DNA of 14,253 nt from Oligoflexales bacterium (GTDB taxonomy: Bacteria; Bdellovibrionota_B; Oligoflexia; Oligoflexales; Bog-1112), in NCBI GenBank assembly GCA_045105515.1, contig JBGCDR010000057.1, positions 1 to 14,253 on the forward strand, given 5' to 3'. The translations under genes were made by a program, and so were the position numbers. The notes below the pieces were generated by a model. That model was not told the DNA's origin. It saw nothing but the letters and a program-made list of their open reading frames with translations, and did not search any database. Below are positions 1 to 8,548 of the stretch, in pieces; within the stretch, counting starts at the first letter, position 1, and every line of letters begins with the position of its first letter.

Positions 1-235
1 GATTTTTCTCTTATTAGCTCTTAAACACATCTTAGGAAGGGGAATTTTGATGAAAATATTTTTTTCAAGCACAAATTTGTTTTGAATTCTGGACGGCAAG
101 ATTATTTTTGCATTTTCTTATTGAATTCAAGATTTACAAAGATGCAACTGGTGCAGGTGCAAGTTATTTAGGAAATACTGAAGTTATAATACCTTCAGCA
201 ATTCTTGTTCAATAGAAGCAATGTGTTCCTAAAGC

Positions 236-484
236 TTATCTCTTTGATGTTTTGCAGTATTCAACTTTTTCCAGCAATTTTTCCCTAGTTTGATTTTCTG
301 GATTTTTATCACCATTTATGAGTTTTAGGCAGCTTATACATAGACAGTTGTCAAACTCAACTTCAAGGAAGCGAATAACTTCCTTCGTAAGGTCAGCTTG
401 GGCACATTGGCATTGACTTATATTTCCCACTTTACAAACAAACAACCGGTTGCAGAGAGGGCAAGGCTCTGGTTGATACTTCAT
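236..484 (-). CDS. Cysteine-rich CWC-family small protein (82 aa)
   Basis: CPLC-x3-FVC-x7-CQC ... CLCISCL matches the Cys_rich_CWC pattern, with CQC in place of CWC. Start moved from 532 to the ATG at 484, which follows AGAAAGG. Confidence 0.85.
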   Translation of the reverse strand: MKYQPEPCPLCNRLFVCKVGNISQCQCAQADLTKEVIRFLEVEFDNCLCISCLKLINGDKNPENQTREKLLEKVEYCKTSKR

Positions 485-561
485 CAAAAAACCTTTCTTG
501 AGGGTAAATAGCGGAAGCCTATTCCTTAACAAAAAAACTTCAAACCTTCTAAAAGCCTACC

Positions 562-576
562 TTTTGGTCACCAAAA
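562..576. promoter_or_regulatory. Perfect palindrome TTTTGGT-C-ACCAAAA, candidate operator
   Basis: 7-bp arms with a 1-nt centre, about 80 bp upstream of the CWC gene start. The TGGT-N-ACCA core resembles GntR/FadR-type sites. Confidence 0.35.
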
Positions 577-730
577 TTTCTACTTCGATTCAAGCCGCAA
601 GATCATCGAATGATGAAAGAGGGGGTATTTATGATTTGTTCGGAAATTGTCTGCAAGTCATTGCTAGCATTTTTTTAGAAATTACCCTCATTTGCTGGTG
701 GAGGCTGCGTATGAGAGTTCTGTCAAATCT

Positions 731-1432
731 CTAAATTTCTGATTGGTCTTGGGATGAAATATAGGTTTTAATCTCTTCCAGATACCCAGAAAGTTCCTTT
801 GCCTTCCAGTAGGCTTCGTTTGCTACTTTTAACTCATTTGTTTCATTTCTAACAAGCTCTATGGCCTCAGAAATTGAATCCGTAGCATCTTCAAATTCTT
901 CTTCATGGATTTCTGCAAATAGATTAATTAGCAATAATTCTGGATCATAGCCATTATCGGAATTATCTTCAATCTCCAATTCAAAAAATAATCCAAAGAC
1001 TTTAGGCTTTGTGGATTCCAGCTGTGCATCATTAGTAATGGGCATTGGTTTAAGAGGTTCAAGAGCACTATTGAGGGGTTGTGTAAAAAGATTTCCTCCG
1101 CTTGCCAACATTTCTGGAGGAAGAGCTTCCATAAGGGTTCTTGAGCTTGATGTTTTAATTTGAAGAGAGGATTTTAGGATATTGGTATTTTCATTTGGCC
1201 TATCATCCAAATCAGGCATAAGAAAAACATCATTTAGATTAGTTGATAGGAAGCTAGGCTTATTTGCTTCAAAGCTAGAGTTTTCATTTGACCCATTTTC
1301 GCAAGCACGTGGAGGAGTCTTGAAAAGATCATCAAATCCATGGTCTTCATACCTAGGACTATGATCGGCACTAAGAGCAATACTAGGTGAGCAAATTAAG
1401 CTAAAAAAGATAAAGAGACGAAAATTAGTCAT
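731..1432 (-). CDS. Exported hypothetical protein (233 aa), acidic helical C-terminus
   Basis: Long ORF in AT-rich DNA. N-terminus MTNFRLFIFFSLICSPSIALSA looks like a Sec signal peptide. The middle is low-complexity S/N/P-rich. No family recognised. Confidence 0.75.
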   Translation of the reverse strand: MTNFRLFIFFSLICSPSIALSADHSPRYEDHGFDDLFKTPPRACENGSNENSSFEANKPSFLSTNLNDVFLMPDLDDRPNENTNILKSSLQIKTSSSRTLMEALPPEMLASGGNLFTQPLNSALEPLKPMPITNDAQLESTKPKVFGLFFELEIEDNSDNGYDPELLLINLFAEIHEEEFEDATDSISEAIELVRNETNELKVANEAYWKAKELSGYLEEIKTYISSQDQSEI

Positions 1433-1473
1433 AAGATGTTCTCGAGTTTAATAGGTGATTAAATAGTAATCAA

Positions 1474-1502
1474 TTAATATTTTTTTACCCGAGCTTTGTC
1501 AA
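1474..1502 (-). promoter_or_regulatory. Putative sigma70 promoter for the 1432->731 gene
   Basis: Minus strand reads TTGACA (1502-1497), a 17-nt spacer, then TATTAA (1479-1474). The -10 matches only 4/6. Confidence 0.4.
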
Positions 1503-1553
1503 GAAACAACTCAATCATAATCAATATTTTTCACCAATATTCACAGGTCTGAG

Positions 1554-1585
1554 CTTTAAGGAGTTGGTTGATATACTCCTTAAAG
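1554..1585. repeat. 11-bp perfect inverted repeat (CTTTAAGGAGT-N10-ACTCCTTAAAG)
   Basis: Arms at 1554-1564 and 1575-1585. No U-tract follows on either strand, so function is unassigned. Confidence 0.8.
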
Positions 1586-1610
1586 GATATTCTGAGCGTT
1601 TCTCGAGGTT

Positions 1611-1691
1611 TTAGAAGGGACGAACCACCTCCATTGCTATATACAAGAGAATAAAACAGATGATTATCGACTGTAAAAAAATAGTGAACAT
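1611..1691 (-). CDS. Candidate 26-aa single-TM peptide MFTIFLQSIIICFILLYIAMEVVRPF
   Basis: ATG at 1691-1689 and TAA at 1613-1611. It is preceded by a G11 run that could pair with the anti-SD. It is below the ORF-track cutoff and could be chance. Confidence 0.3.
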   Translation of the reverse strand: MFTIFLQSIIICFILLYIAMEVVRPF

Positions 1692-1693
1692 TT

Positions 1694-1704
1694 CCCCCCC
1701 CCCC
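1694..1704. repeat. C11/G11 homopolymer tract
   Basis: Eleven consecutive C on the + strand in an AT-rich divergent intergenic region. Confidence 0.9.
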
Positions 1705-2032
1705 AGGTAGTTAATTAGGCCGCCCGAGAGGGGCGACCACGAGTCCGTGAGGCGTTGTCAATGATCTTATATCAAATACCCATGAATTACTAAAACCTAC
1801 ATAACAGCAATTTTTGACGTACTAATTTTGGGGAAATGCAACTTTATACACCTAAAACTAAATTTAAATTTCCTATAACAATGACAAAATATGGGAGAGG
1901 TTTGAGCATAGAATTGTTACGCAGTTTCTATCCGCATTAAGAGGGAAATCATTAGGTTTGTAAATTAATATCTAAAGTGTAGTGGTGAAGGTAGTACTCT
2001 AATTCAGCTTTGAGGTTTAAGGAGGCTAGAAA

Positions 2033-2458
2033 ATGAGGGAAATAATGAACATATTGGTTGCAGTGGATCTTGATCCTAAGCAAAGTGAGCAGATTTTAGA
2101 AACAGCAAGAGATTTGCGAAAAGACTGTACTGCTAGGGTCCATTTAGTCCACGTTATTGAACCCATCTATGAAATGATTTCACCGCGAATTTTGGATATT
2201 GTGGAGGAGCATAAAGCTTATGCCAAAAGAAAGATTTTAGATTTGGGTACATTATTTGACATACCCAAGGAATATCAATTTGTAAAAGTAGGAAATATTA
2301 GACTTGAGATCCTAGATCTTATAGATTTGATCGATGCAGATCTGTTGGTTATGGGTAACCACGGTCGACATGGATTCAAAGGCTTATTTAATAGAAATAA
2401 CACCTCTGAATTATTGAAAAATTTAGATTGCGACATGCTATCTGTTAGGGTTGCTTAA
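2033..2458 (+). CDS. Universal stress protein, UspA family (141 aa)
   Basis: Motifs NILVAVD, VHLVHVIE, ADLLVMGNHGRHG and C-terminal CDMLSVR. Strong SD AAGGAGG before the ATG. Confidence 0.95.
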   Translation: MREIMNILVAVDLDPKQSEQILETARDLRKDCTARVHLVHVIEPIYEMISPRILDIVEEHKAYAKRKILDLGTLFDIPKEYQFVKVGNIRLEILDLIDLIDADLLVMGNHGRHGFKGLFNRNNTSELLKNLDCDMLSVRVA

Positions 2459-2648
2459 GATCAAATAGAAATTCGTGGGTCAAAGGCTTTGGGTTTGGTA
2501 GCAAATGTAAGACCCTTTCATACCATAGGTCTGTTTAATCATTACCTTTATATATCTGTTATTATTTACTAATTGATCTAGTATTAAACTTATCCCAAGA
2601 AAAATCCGATCAGAACCAGTCATCAAATAACAATTATAGGGAGCTATT

Positions 2649-3392
2649 ATGATTAAACATTGGCTTTTGGTAATTCCTATTTGCCTTATCAGTGCCTGTG
2701 TCACTTCGGGTACTTACAATGATCTTGAAAGAAAATATAAAGATACCTATCTTAAACTCAGAAAAGAACAGCTCAAAAATGATCATTTAAATGGCATGAT
2801 TCAAAATAATGCCAAGGAATTGAACCATCTTAAGAATGGATACAACAGTAAGGAAGAGCAAATTGCCTTATTGAAAAGAGATCTAGAGTTTGCAAATCAA
2901 TATATGGAACAAAACAAGGTTTATGCTGATAAAATAAAGCGCGCACTTGCTATGGAAGGCTTGGCAGTTAGTTTAGAAGACGATCGTCTCTTGGTTAAAC
3001 TTCCAGGAGATGTCTTATTTCCTTCTGGTTCAGCAAGTTTATCTAAACAAGGATTGGAGCACATAGCACGTTTAGGTGAAATATTAAGAACGATGGATCA
3101 AAGAAAGATCCAGGTTGAAGGTCATACAGATAATGTTCCCATAAATGGTGGGCGTTATGACTCAAATTGGTATTTAGGCTATGATCGCGCGATGAGCGTT
3201 TTAAAGCTGCTAGTCAATAGGGGTGTGAACCAATCCCTCGTTTCTGCGGCTTCTTACGGAGAAAATAAGCCTATCGCAAGCAATGTAACTAGACAGGGAA
3301 AGCAACTAAATAGGCGAATTGAAGTGCTTATTATCCCAAATTTAGAACCATTAAAAGATTTTATCGAGCCAAATCAGCCTCAATTGGACTAA
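2649..3392 (+). CDS. OmpA/MotB C-terminal-domain (peptidoglycan-binding) lipoprotein with coiled-coil stalk (247 aa)
   Basis: Lipobox ISAC (Cys17) followed by a heptad-rich region. OmpA-like motifs VLFPSGSASL, VEGHTDNVPI, NWYLGYDRA, SYGENKP and NRRIEV. SD AGGGAG. Confidence 0.92.
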   Translation: MIKHWLLVIPICLISACVTSGTYNDLERKYKDTYLKLRKEQLKNDHLNGMIQNNAKELNHLKNGYNSKEEQIALLKRDLEFANQYMEQNKVYADKIKRALAMEGLAVSLEDDRLLVKLPGDVLFPSGSASLSKQGLEHIARLGEILRTMDQRKIQVEGHTDNVPINGGRYDSNWYLGYDRAMSVLKLLVNRGVNQSLVSAASYGENKPIASNVTRQGKQLNRRIEVLIIPNLEPLKDFIEPNQPQLD

Positions 3393-3473
3393 TGTTTGAC
3401 TGCATGGGATCATATATTCTTTGAGGTATTCTTCTAATAGCCTATCTTGCTATTTGCTGTTTAGTCGAAGCTT

Positions 3474-4049
3474 TCAGCCTGCGAGAATTAAAATAGCAAT
3501 TGTAGCCAGGGAAATTGCTAAAATTGTATCAAATATTTTTTGCTGCCTAGGAGAGGACCAGATCTTTGCAATCTGTTCACCGGCATAAGCCCATAAAATC
3601 AAACATATAAACTCCACAATAAACTCAATTGAAGCAAAAATTATCAATGGACCACGAATATTGCTGAAACTAGATGCCACGAATAATGCCCAGATCCAAG
3701 ACTTAACGTTGATCCACTGAATAAAAAAACCATCAAAAAATTTGCACTTGATACAACCTGTCAGTTCCTCTTCGTCAAGGAATACCATGCATACTGAAAT
3801 AAAAATAATATAAAGACCACCGACATATTTGAGTAAATTTATTAATTGGGGATAATCATCGATTGCCTTGACCAGCCCGGTGCCTACGGTAATAACAAGA
3901 CAAGAAAAGCCTAAAGACGCTCCAGCAATAAAGCCAAGGGAATTTGATAAACCTTTTTTCTTACCGAATAAAGCACTTAGTATGTTTATTGGTCCTGGTA
4001 TTGAACACAACACTAGTGAATGAATAAATATTTCAAATAAAGGTGTCAT
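3474..4049 (-). CDS. LysE/RhtB-family amino-acid exporter (191 aa)
   Basis: N-terminal IPGP motif, G-x3-G helix, LKYVGGLYI, GFFIQWINVK (canonical GF-x3-NPK) and about six hydrophobic segments. Confidence 0.9.
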   Translation of the reverse strand: MTPLFEIFIHSLVLCSIPGPINILSALFGKKKGLSNSLGFIAGASLGFSCLVITVGTGLVKAIDDYPQLINLLKYVGGLYIIFISVCMVFLDEEELTGCIKCKFFDGFFIQWINVKSWIWALFVASSFSNIRGPLIIFASIEFIVEFICLILWAYAGEQIAKIWSSPRQQKIFDTILAISLATIAILILAG

Positions 4050-4477
4050 AGTATGGGGTATCTTACCTAAGTTCCTATCGGCATTTGGTTGTTTATTTCA
4101 AAGCAGTGATTGTTGACCATTTACTACATTCTATTTTGGAATTTTGAATAAGCTTCAAATTATTAAGTGATTCTTGTTACCATTTTTCGTACATAAAATA
4201 AAGTGGTAATAAAAAGCAAATAATTCACACTCAAAATACCGCTTAAAAGCAATGATTCGATAAACGAAAAATATCGTAGATGTTTTCTTGGATAGGTCTG
4301 TTCTGAATTTTATAACAAGTGTTTAAAATTAAATTCTTAGAAAAGCCTTGGTCAACAAAGTAGCATAGACTGCGAAATCAATTTCATTGAGATGTCCTTT
4401 ATAGAAATCTGCCTGGCATAACAATCTTGATTTGAGAGGGGTGGAAAAATTTTAGTGGTAGTAAGCTCTCAAATAGT

Positions 4478-4654
4478 ATTGAAGTATTTTCAGAACCCAT
4501 GAAAAGGCAGGGAATTGGAGGTGATGCCATAAACTATGCTGTCATATCTATTTTTTATGGGGTAAGGTGTTAGGTATCTTCCAGAGCCATTAATAGGTGT
4601 TAAAATCTATCACCCGCACATTTTGCATTATAGAGAAAGTTCGGAAAAACCTTT
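4478..4654 (+). pseudogene. Possible decayed GNAT acetyltransferase fragment
   Basis: One frame reads IEVFSEPMKRQGIGGDAINYAV...*...*NLSPAHFAL*RKFGKTF. RQGIG resembles GNAT motif A and AL*RKFG resembles A-x-x-LY-x-K-x-G. Three in-frame stops (4571, 4601, 4631). Confidence 0.3.
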
Positions 4655-5023
4655 CTTGAGAAACTTAATAGAATCAGAAAGGATTTTTGATATTTCCTGC
4701 TATGAAGGCAGATTCAAGGACAGATGCTTATAAATTCATCTTTGCCTCTCATTAACCTTGTAGACTATAATTCGGAAATAATATTTTGGATCATCGTTGA
4801 TTTCCTGCTATTACAAAATTTCGGATTATATAGGATCCAACTTACGGCCTCTTTCTTGCATGTTAAAAAATTGTCCATTTAGAGTTTACGCAAAATAAAA
4901 GTATATTTGTTCTATTATTGAAAATTCACAAATCGAATGATAAGTTCATTCCTGGTAATTCCAAAAATTTTTATGATATATATCCACTTAAATATGGTGA
5001 ATATCATAATGGAGGTAAATCCA

Positions 5024-5686
5024 ATGAAAAATAGGGCACTTTTTTCGCTTATGATGGCAGGAACATTAAGTATGAATATACACGCTTTTTCTGAAGAAAA
5101 TCCGTTTCCAGGATTTTTCGAAGATATACCTACAAGTCCTGGGGAAGGCGAATCCAATCTTCCATTACCTGGAGATTTAGCACAGTTTAAATCATTGATA
5201 AAAGGATTGATGCCTTTCGCCGGGAATGTTCTGAATGATCAAGTCTCAGTAGATTTTAAAGACATTAATGAGGACAATTTTAAAGAATCCTTAAGACAAC
5301 TATTGGCAGCGAAACCTGGGCTACGCTCGATCAATGAAGGGCTCTTTGGCATCTCAGCAAATTCTAAAAAAACCGATGATTTTTTAAGAAATTTCTTTCA
5401 AGAATTTTCCTCAAGCTCGCTTTTTGCTAGTAGGCAAAATAGTCGCTTAGACTTTTTATCATTGGCAATGAGCCTTTGGAAACAAGGATCAAATCGCTTC
5501 ATAAAAAAGAATCATATTAGAAATAATATAACAAAACCTGTAAATATGTTGGGGGTGGCTTTACTCATGAATAGCATGTTCAGCACCAATGACGGAGTGC
5601 CCAGTAATTTGCTGAGGAAGTTACCCTTGTTAGGAGGGAATCATCTCGGAGGCTTTGGAGGCTTTGGAGGCTTTGGAGGTTTTTAG
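5024..5686 (+). CDS. Exported hypothetical protein (220 aa) ending in (GGF)4
   Basis: Start moved to the ATG at 5024, with SD GGAGGT at 5011-5016. Signal peptide MKNRALFSLMMAGTLSMNIHA. No family recognised. Confidence 0.8.
   Translation: MKNRALFSLMMAGTLSMNIHAFSEENPFPGFFEDIPTSPGEGESNLPLPGDLAQFKSLIKGLMPFAGNVLNDQVSVDFKDINEDNFKESLRQLLAAKPGLRSINEGLFGISANSKKTDDFLRNFFQEFSSSSLFASRQNSRLDFLSLAMSLWKQGSNRFIKKNHIRNNITKPVNMLGVALLMNSMFSTNDGVPSNLLRKLPLLGGNHLGGFGGFGGFGGF
5648..5683 (+). repeat. 9-bp tandem repeat GGAGGCTTT x3 + GGAGGTTTT
   Basis: In frame, encodes GGFGGFGGFGGF and directly precedes the TAG stop. Confidence 0.95.
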
Positions 5687-6249
5687 GTCCTACCAAAAAG
5701 GCCAAAAATCAAATGAGTCGAAGCTTTGAAGAATTCTAAAAAATAAGAAAATGATGAGAATGATTTACTCTTTTCATATTTAAGCTATGAAACTTATTAA
5801 TTTGCTAATTTTTTAGTCAAATTTCATTCCCATTCTTAAATATCACTCTATGAAATTTCGAAAATAATAGTCAGATCCGATGTTCAGAACTCACTTTTTA
5901 GGTTTCAAAATCGCTAAGCTTATCGTCTATTATTGATAGAATAAAGTTGGCCATTTTATTGATTAAATCGCTTAAAAAATTCAGTATTGCTGTCATTGCT
6001 CCCCTGCCAAGGGGCAAAAAATTCGAAAAATTAAAAATTTACCAAATTTTCCGTCTAAGTAATGCTGAATCTTTTAAATTGTATTTTAAGTTATCAAAGA
6101 AATTTATAAACATTAAAACTCTAAATATTTTATGAATACACGAAATTTAATGCTAAAAGTGATGCACTGCAAAAAACATTGCAATTTTTGAATATTTCTT
6201 CCACATTTGTTTGATAAATTACCGGAAGATCAAATTCAAGAGGCTAATT

Positions 6250-7962
6250 ATGATATTACGTTTCAATTTTATTTTGGTGCTTTTTATCTCTTGTATTACC
6301 ACAACAATCTTTGGGCATGGAGTTCCAAATAGGGGGAACAATCCCTTTTCAAAGGCTGATGTCGCACATGGTTACCATCTTCATGTTCCCATAGATTATG
6401 TTATCGGGGAAGGAATGAGTTATGGACTGACAAGCAAATTGATAGCCAGTATGCATATCGCACTTGCTCCTATTTTCTCATTAAATGGGGATAAGTACAC
6501 TCGACTAATTAACCTCGAAGTGTACAATGAAGGCGATGACCATAACTTTAACAGTGGAGAAAGCGGCTATATTTACAAGCAGAATAAGTCGTTTACGATT
6601 GCTTTAGGGATAGATTTTCATTTGACCTTTGGCTTGCCGGTTACCAGTTTCAGCCTCTTGCCGCAAAGAACTAAGTATACTTATGTCGAACGCAGGGTAG
6701 CAAGTAAAAAGGATATAAAGTGCTTACCCAAAAAGGTCACGATTCCATCTAATGAGGAGGAACTGGCAAAATGGAAAGTGGGAGACAGGCTTTTCTATAA
6801 AAAGAATTCTAGTCTTACATTCATGGCAGATGCTGGTTTAGAGCCAGTCCTGTACACGGGAGTACTTGTAAATGTAACTGGAAACTGGGTTGTTGGCTTT
6901 GAAAAATTATCTCCTAACAAAATGCGTTTTAGCGTCACGAAGGAAAAAGTTCTTGGTCTGGGCGCTGAATTTGATGGGCTGGTTTTCTCAATCGGAGTTG
7001 AAAAATTCAAAGGTAGGGATCGACTTTTTCAATTTGATCTCGATTTATCAAGTGAGCAAGCAAGACATGCTTTGCTGGATCTCATGAAAGGAAAAATGGA
7101 ACCTGCGCAAGAGGCTGCCAGAAATATGAGTTCGGGAGTTGAAGAAGTCGATTATAGAATCGCTAGAAGCAAAGGACTCAATGTTTTTCAGGTCTTTGTC
7201 ATTCCGTTCCTATGGGCAACTTCCCATTCAAAAACCAGAGTACATACCACCGAACTCGAAGAGGAAATATTGGATGATACAAAAGAAGTTTCGAGCGCGG
7301 TTATAGATCAAGTAGGCACCGCAGGACATCTGAGCAAGCATAAACTAAGAATGGCCATAAGTTTTTCTAACTTAGAAATTGATGAAAATGATGAAAAAAC
7401 CTTTGCGGGTGCACATTCCTGGATTTACGAAAAAGAGGATATGGACGATGACGATATTAAAGATCGCTTACTTGACCTGGCAGACAGAATTGGACTCGAT
7501 CATCAATTGAATTTTAGTAAATTAAGCAAGAAAAAAGGTTATGCAAAAATTCAGTTTCTTAATCAGCTAAGTATGGCTGCAATTATACAGCTAGTTAATG
7601 AAGTAAATGATCAGTCGAGGTCCATGTGGCTGGTTTATTTTGAAAATTCCTTGCGCAGCTATTTTGATCGAAATAGTTCCCTGCGAGGCTTTGATGATAG
7701 TAACAAAGAATATAAGAAACTAATGAAAAAAGGTGAGAAATATCTAAACAAGATTATCGAACACCTTAGGGATGCCAAATCTTATATGCTCAAAGGAAAA
7801 TATAAGAAATTCACATCAGAAGTTTCCAAAGCGATTAACTATATTCACAAGCATCCCGCCCTATTCTCCTGTTTTATGAGGAGAATTGATGGATTTGAAC
7901 TTCATCTGGCTTTAGAAGGGAAAAATGTACCGATTCAGACTAAAAAGTTAATTGTTCATTAG
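6250..7962 (+). CDS. Exported hypothetical protein (570 aa), beta-rich N/middle and helical C-terminus
   Basis: Long ORF. The ATG at 6250 follows AAGAGG and is preferred over the TTG at 6211. Signal peptide MILRFNFILVLFISCITTTIFG. No catalytic motif recognised. Confidence 0.85.
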   Translation: MILRFNFILVLFISCITTTIFGHGVPNRGNNPFSKADVAHGYHLHVPIDYVIGEGMSYGLTSKLIASMHIALAPIFSLNGDKYTRLINLEVYNEGDDHNFNSGESGYIYKQNKSFTIALGIDFHLTFGLPVTSFSLLPQRTKYTYVERRVASKKDIKCLPKKVTIPSNEEELAKWKVGDRLFYKKNSSLTFMADAGLEPVLYTGVLVNVTGNWVVGFEKLSPNKMRFSVTKEKVLGLGAEFDGLVFSIGVEKFKGRDRLFQFDLDLSSEQARHALLDLMKGKMEPAQEAARNMSSGVEEVDYRIARSKGLNVFQVFVIPFLWATSHSKTRVHTTELEEEILDDTKEVSSAVIDQVGTAGHLSKHKLRMAISFSNLEIDENDEKTFAGAHSWIYEKEDMDDDDIKDRLLDLADRIGLDHQLNFSKLSKKKGYAKIQFLNQLSMAAIIQLVNEVNDQSRSMWLVYFENSLRSYFDRNSSLRGFDDSNKEYKKLMKKGEKYLNKIIEHLRDAKSYMLKGKYKKFTSEVSKAINYIHKHPALFSCFMRRIDGFELHLALEGKNVPIQTKKLIVH

Positions 7963-7975
7963 ACAGGAATGAGTT

Positions 7976-8003
7976 GAAAGGAAGCTATTGCTTCCTCCTT
8001 TCT
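7976..8003 (+). terminator. Probable intrinsic terminator
   Basis: AGGAAGC-TATT-GCTTCCT stem (7979-7996) 16 nt after the stop, between convergent genes. It is followed by a pyrimidine tract (CCTTTCT), not a clean U run. Confidence 0.5.
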
Positions 8004-8068
8004 AAGGGCCCATTTTTAGATTTTTTTGGCATAGTAAGGCATTATAATAGCCAAATAAATTAGCAAAT

Positions 8069-8548
8069 TTAAAAATAGTTGATAATCTCTGCAAGCTCAG
8101 AACTCGAAAAGGACTTCTTTTTTCCATTGCTTTGGTTAGTGCACAAATCACCCGAAGCATCGAGTCTTATAACTTTTTGGGCAAATTCGTAGGGGTAAAT
8201 ATGAACTTGTGAATTAAATTGTTTGATCTCGTTAACTTTATTTAAATATTTAACAAATTGCTCATCCATATAATTTCCTTTATGAGCAGACCATATCAGT
8301 CGCATCATATTTTTATTTCTTTTAGAATTCTTTAATGCTTTGAGGGTTGTTAACGAAGTGCCAGTAAATAAACGAATATTGAGAGGGTTGAAAAGACTTG
8401 TTGAAGCACCGATGCCAACTCTATTGAGTTGGTTTTCTTGTTGTTCGTAGTAATGGTAGCATGGACCAGTAATTTGCGCATAGGACGAAGATGGGCTTAA
8501 AAATATGATCATGCTTGAACATATTATTTTTTTTAAGTGTATTAGCAT
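8069..8548 (-). CDS. Exported hypothetical protein (159 aa)
   Basis: ATG at 8548 follows GGGGAAGGA. Signal peptide MLIHLKKIICSSMIIFLSPSSSYA. The two mature-region Cys (GPCY, GDLC) could form a disulfide. Confidence 0.75.
   Translation of the reverse strand: MLIHLKKIICSSMIIFLSPSSSYAQITGPCYHYYEQQENQLNRVGIGASTSLFNPLNIRLFTGTSLTTLKALKNSKRNKNMMRLIWSAHKGNYMDEQFVKYLNKVNEIKQFNSQVHIYPYEFAQKVIRLDASGDLCTNQSNGKKKSFSSSELAEIINYF

Noticed and set aside
50..215. SD+ATG at 50 that could join a +1 frame via a T7 run to give a peptide of about 54 aa
   Set aside because: Needs an assumed frameshift and the product resembles nothing I recognise.
485..730. Possible riboswitch upstream of the CWC gene
   Set aside because: No cobalamin-box or other recognisable aptamer motifs on the minus strand.
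498..734. 78-aa + strand ORF
   Set aside because: No SD or motif, and it covers the upstream regulatory region of the CWC gene; probably spurious.
1761..1775. ATGAT-N5-ATCAA (and TTGAT-N5-ATTAA near 2573-2587) as FNR-like boxes
   Set aside because: The FNR consensus needs a 4-nt spacer, and such matches are common in AT-rich DNA.
4174..4474. Imperfect inverted repeats at about 4174-4213 and 4430-4474
   Set aside because: AT-rich arms with long loops, expected by chance; no transposase or target duplication.
4517..4550. GGTGATG...CCATAAAC...GCT resembling a fluoride riboswitch
   Set aside because: Lacks the pairing strand and the downstream pseudoknot segment, and no fluoride-related gene follows.
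5947..6135. 62-aa TTG-start ORF and the small CCCCT-GCCA-AGGGG hairpin inside it
   Set aside because: K/I/L/F-biased translation of AT-rich spacer with no SD. The hairpin's A-run is on the wrong side for a terminator on either strand.
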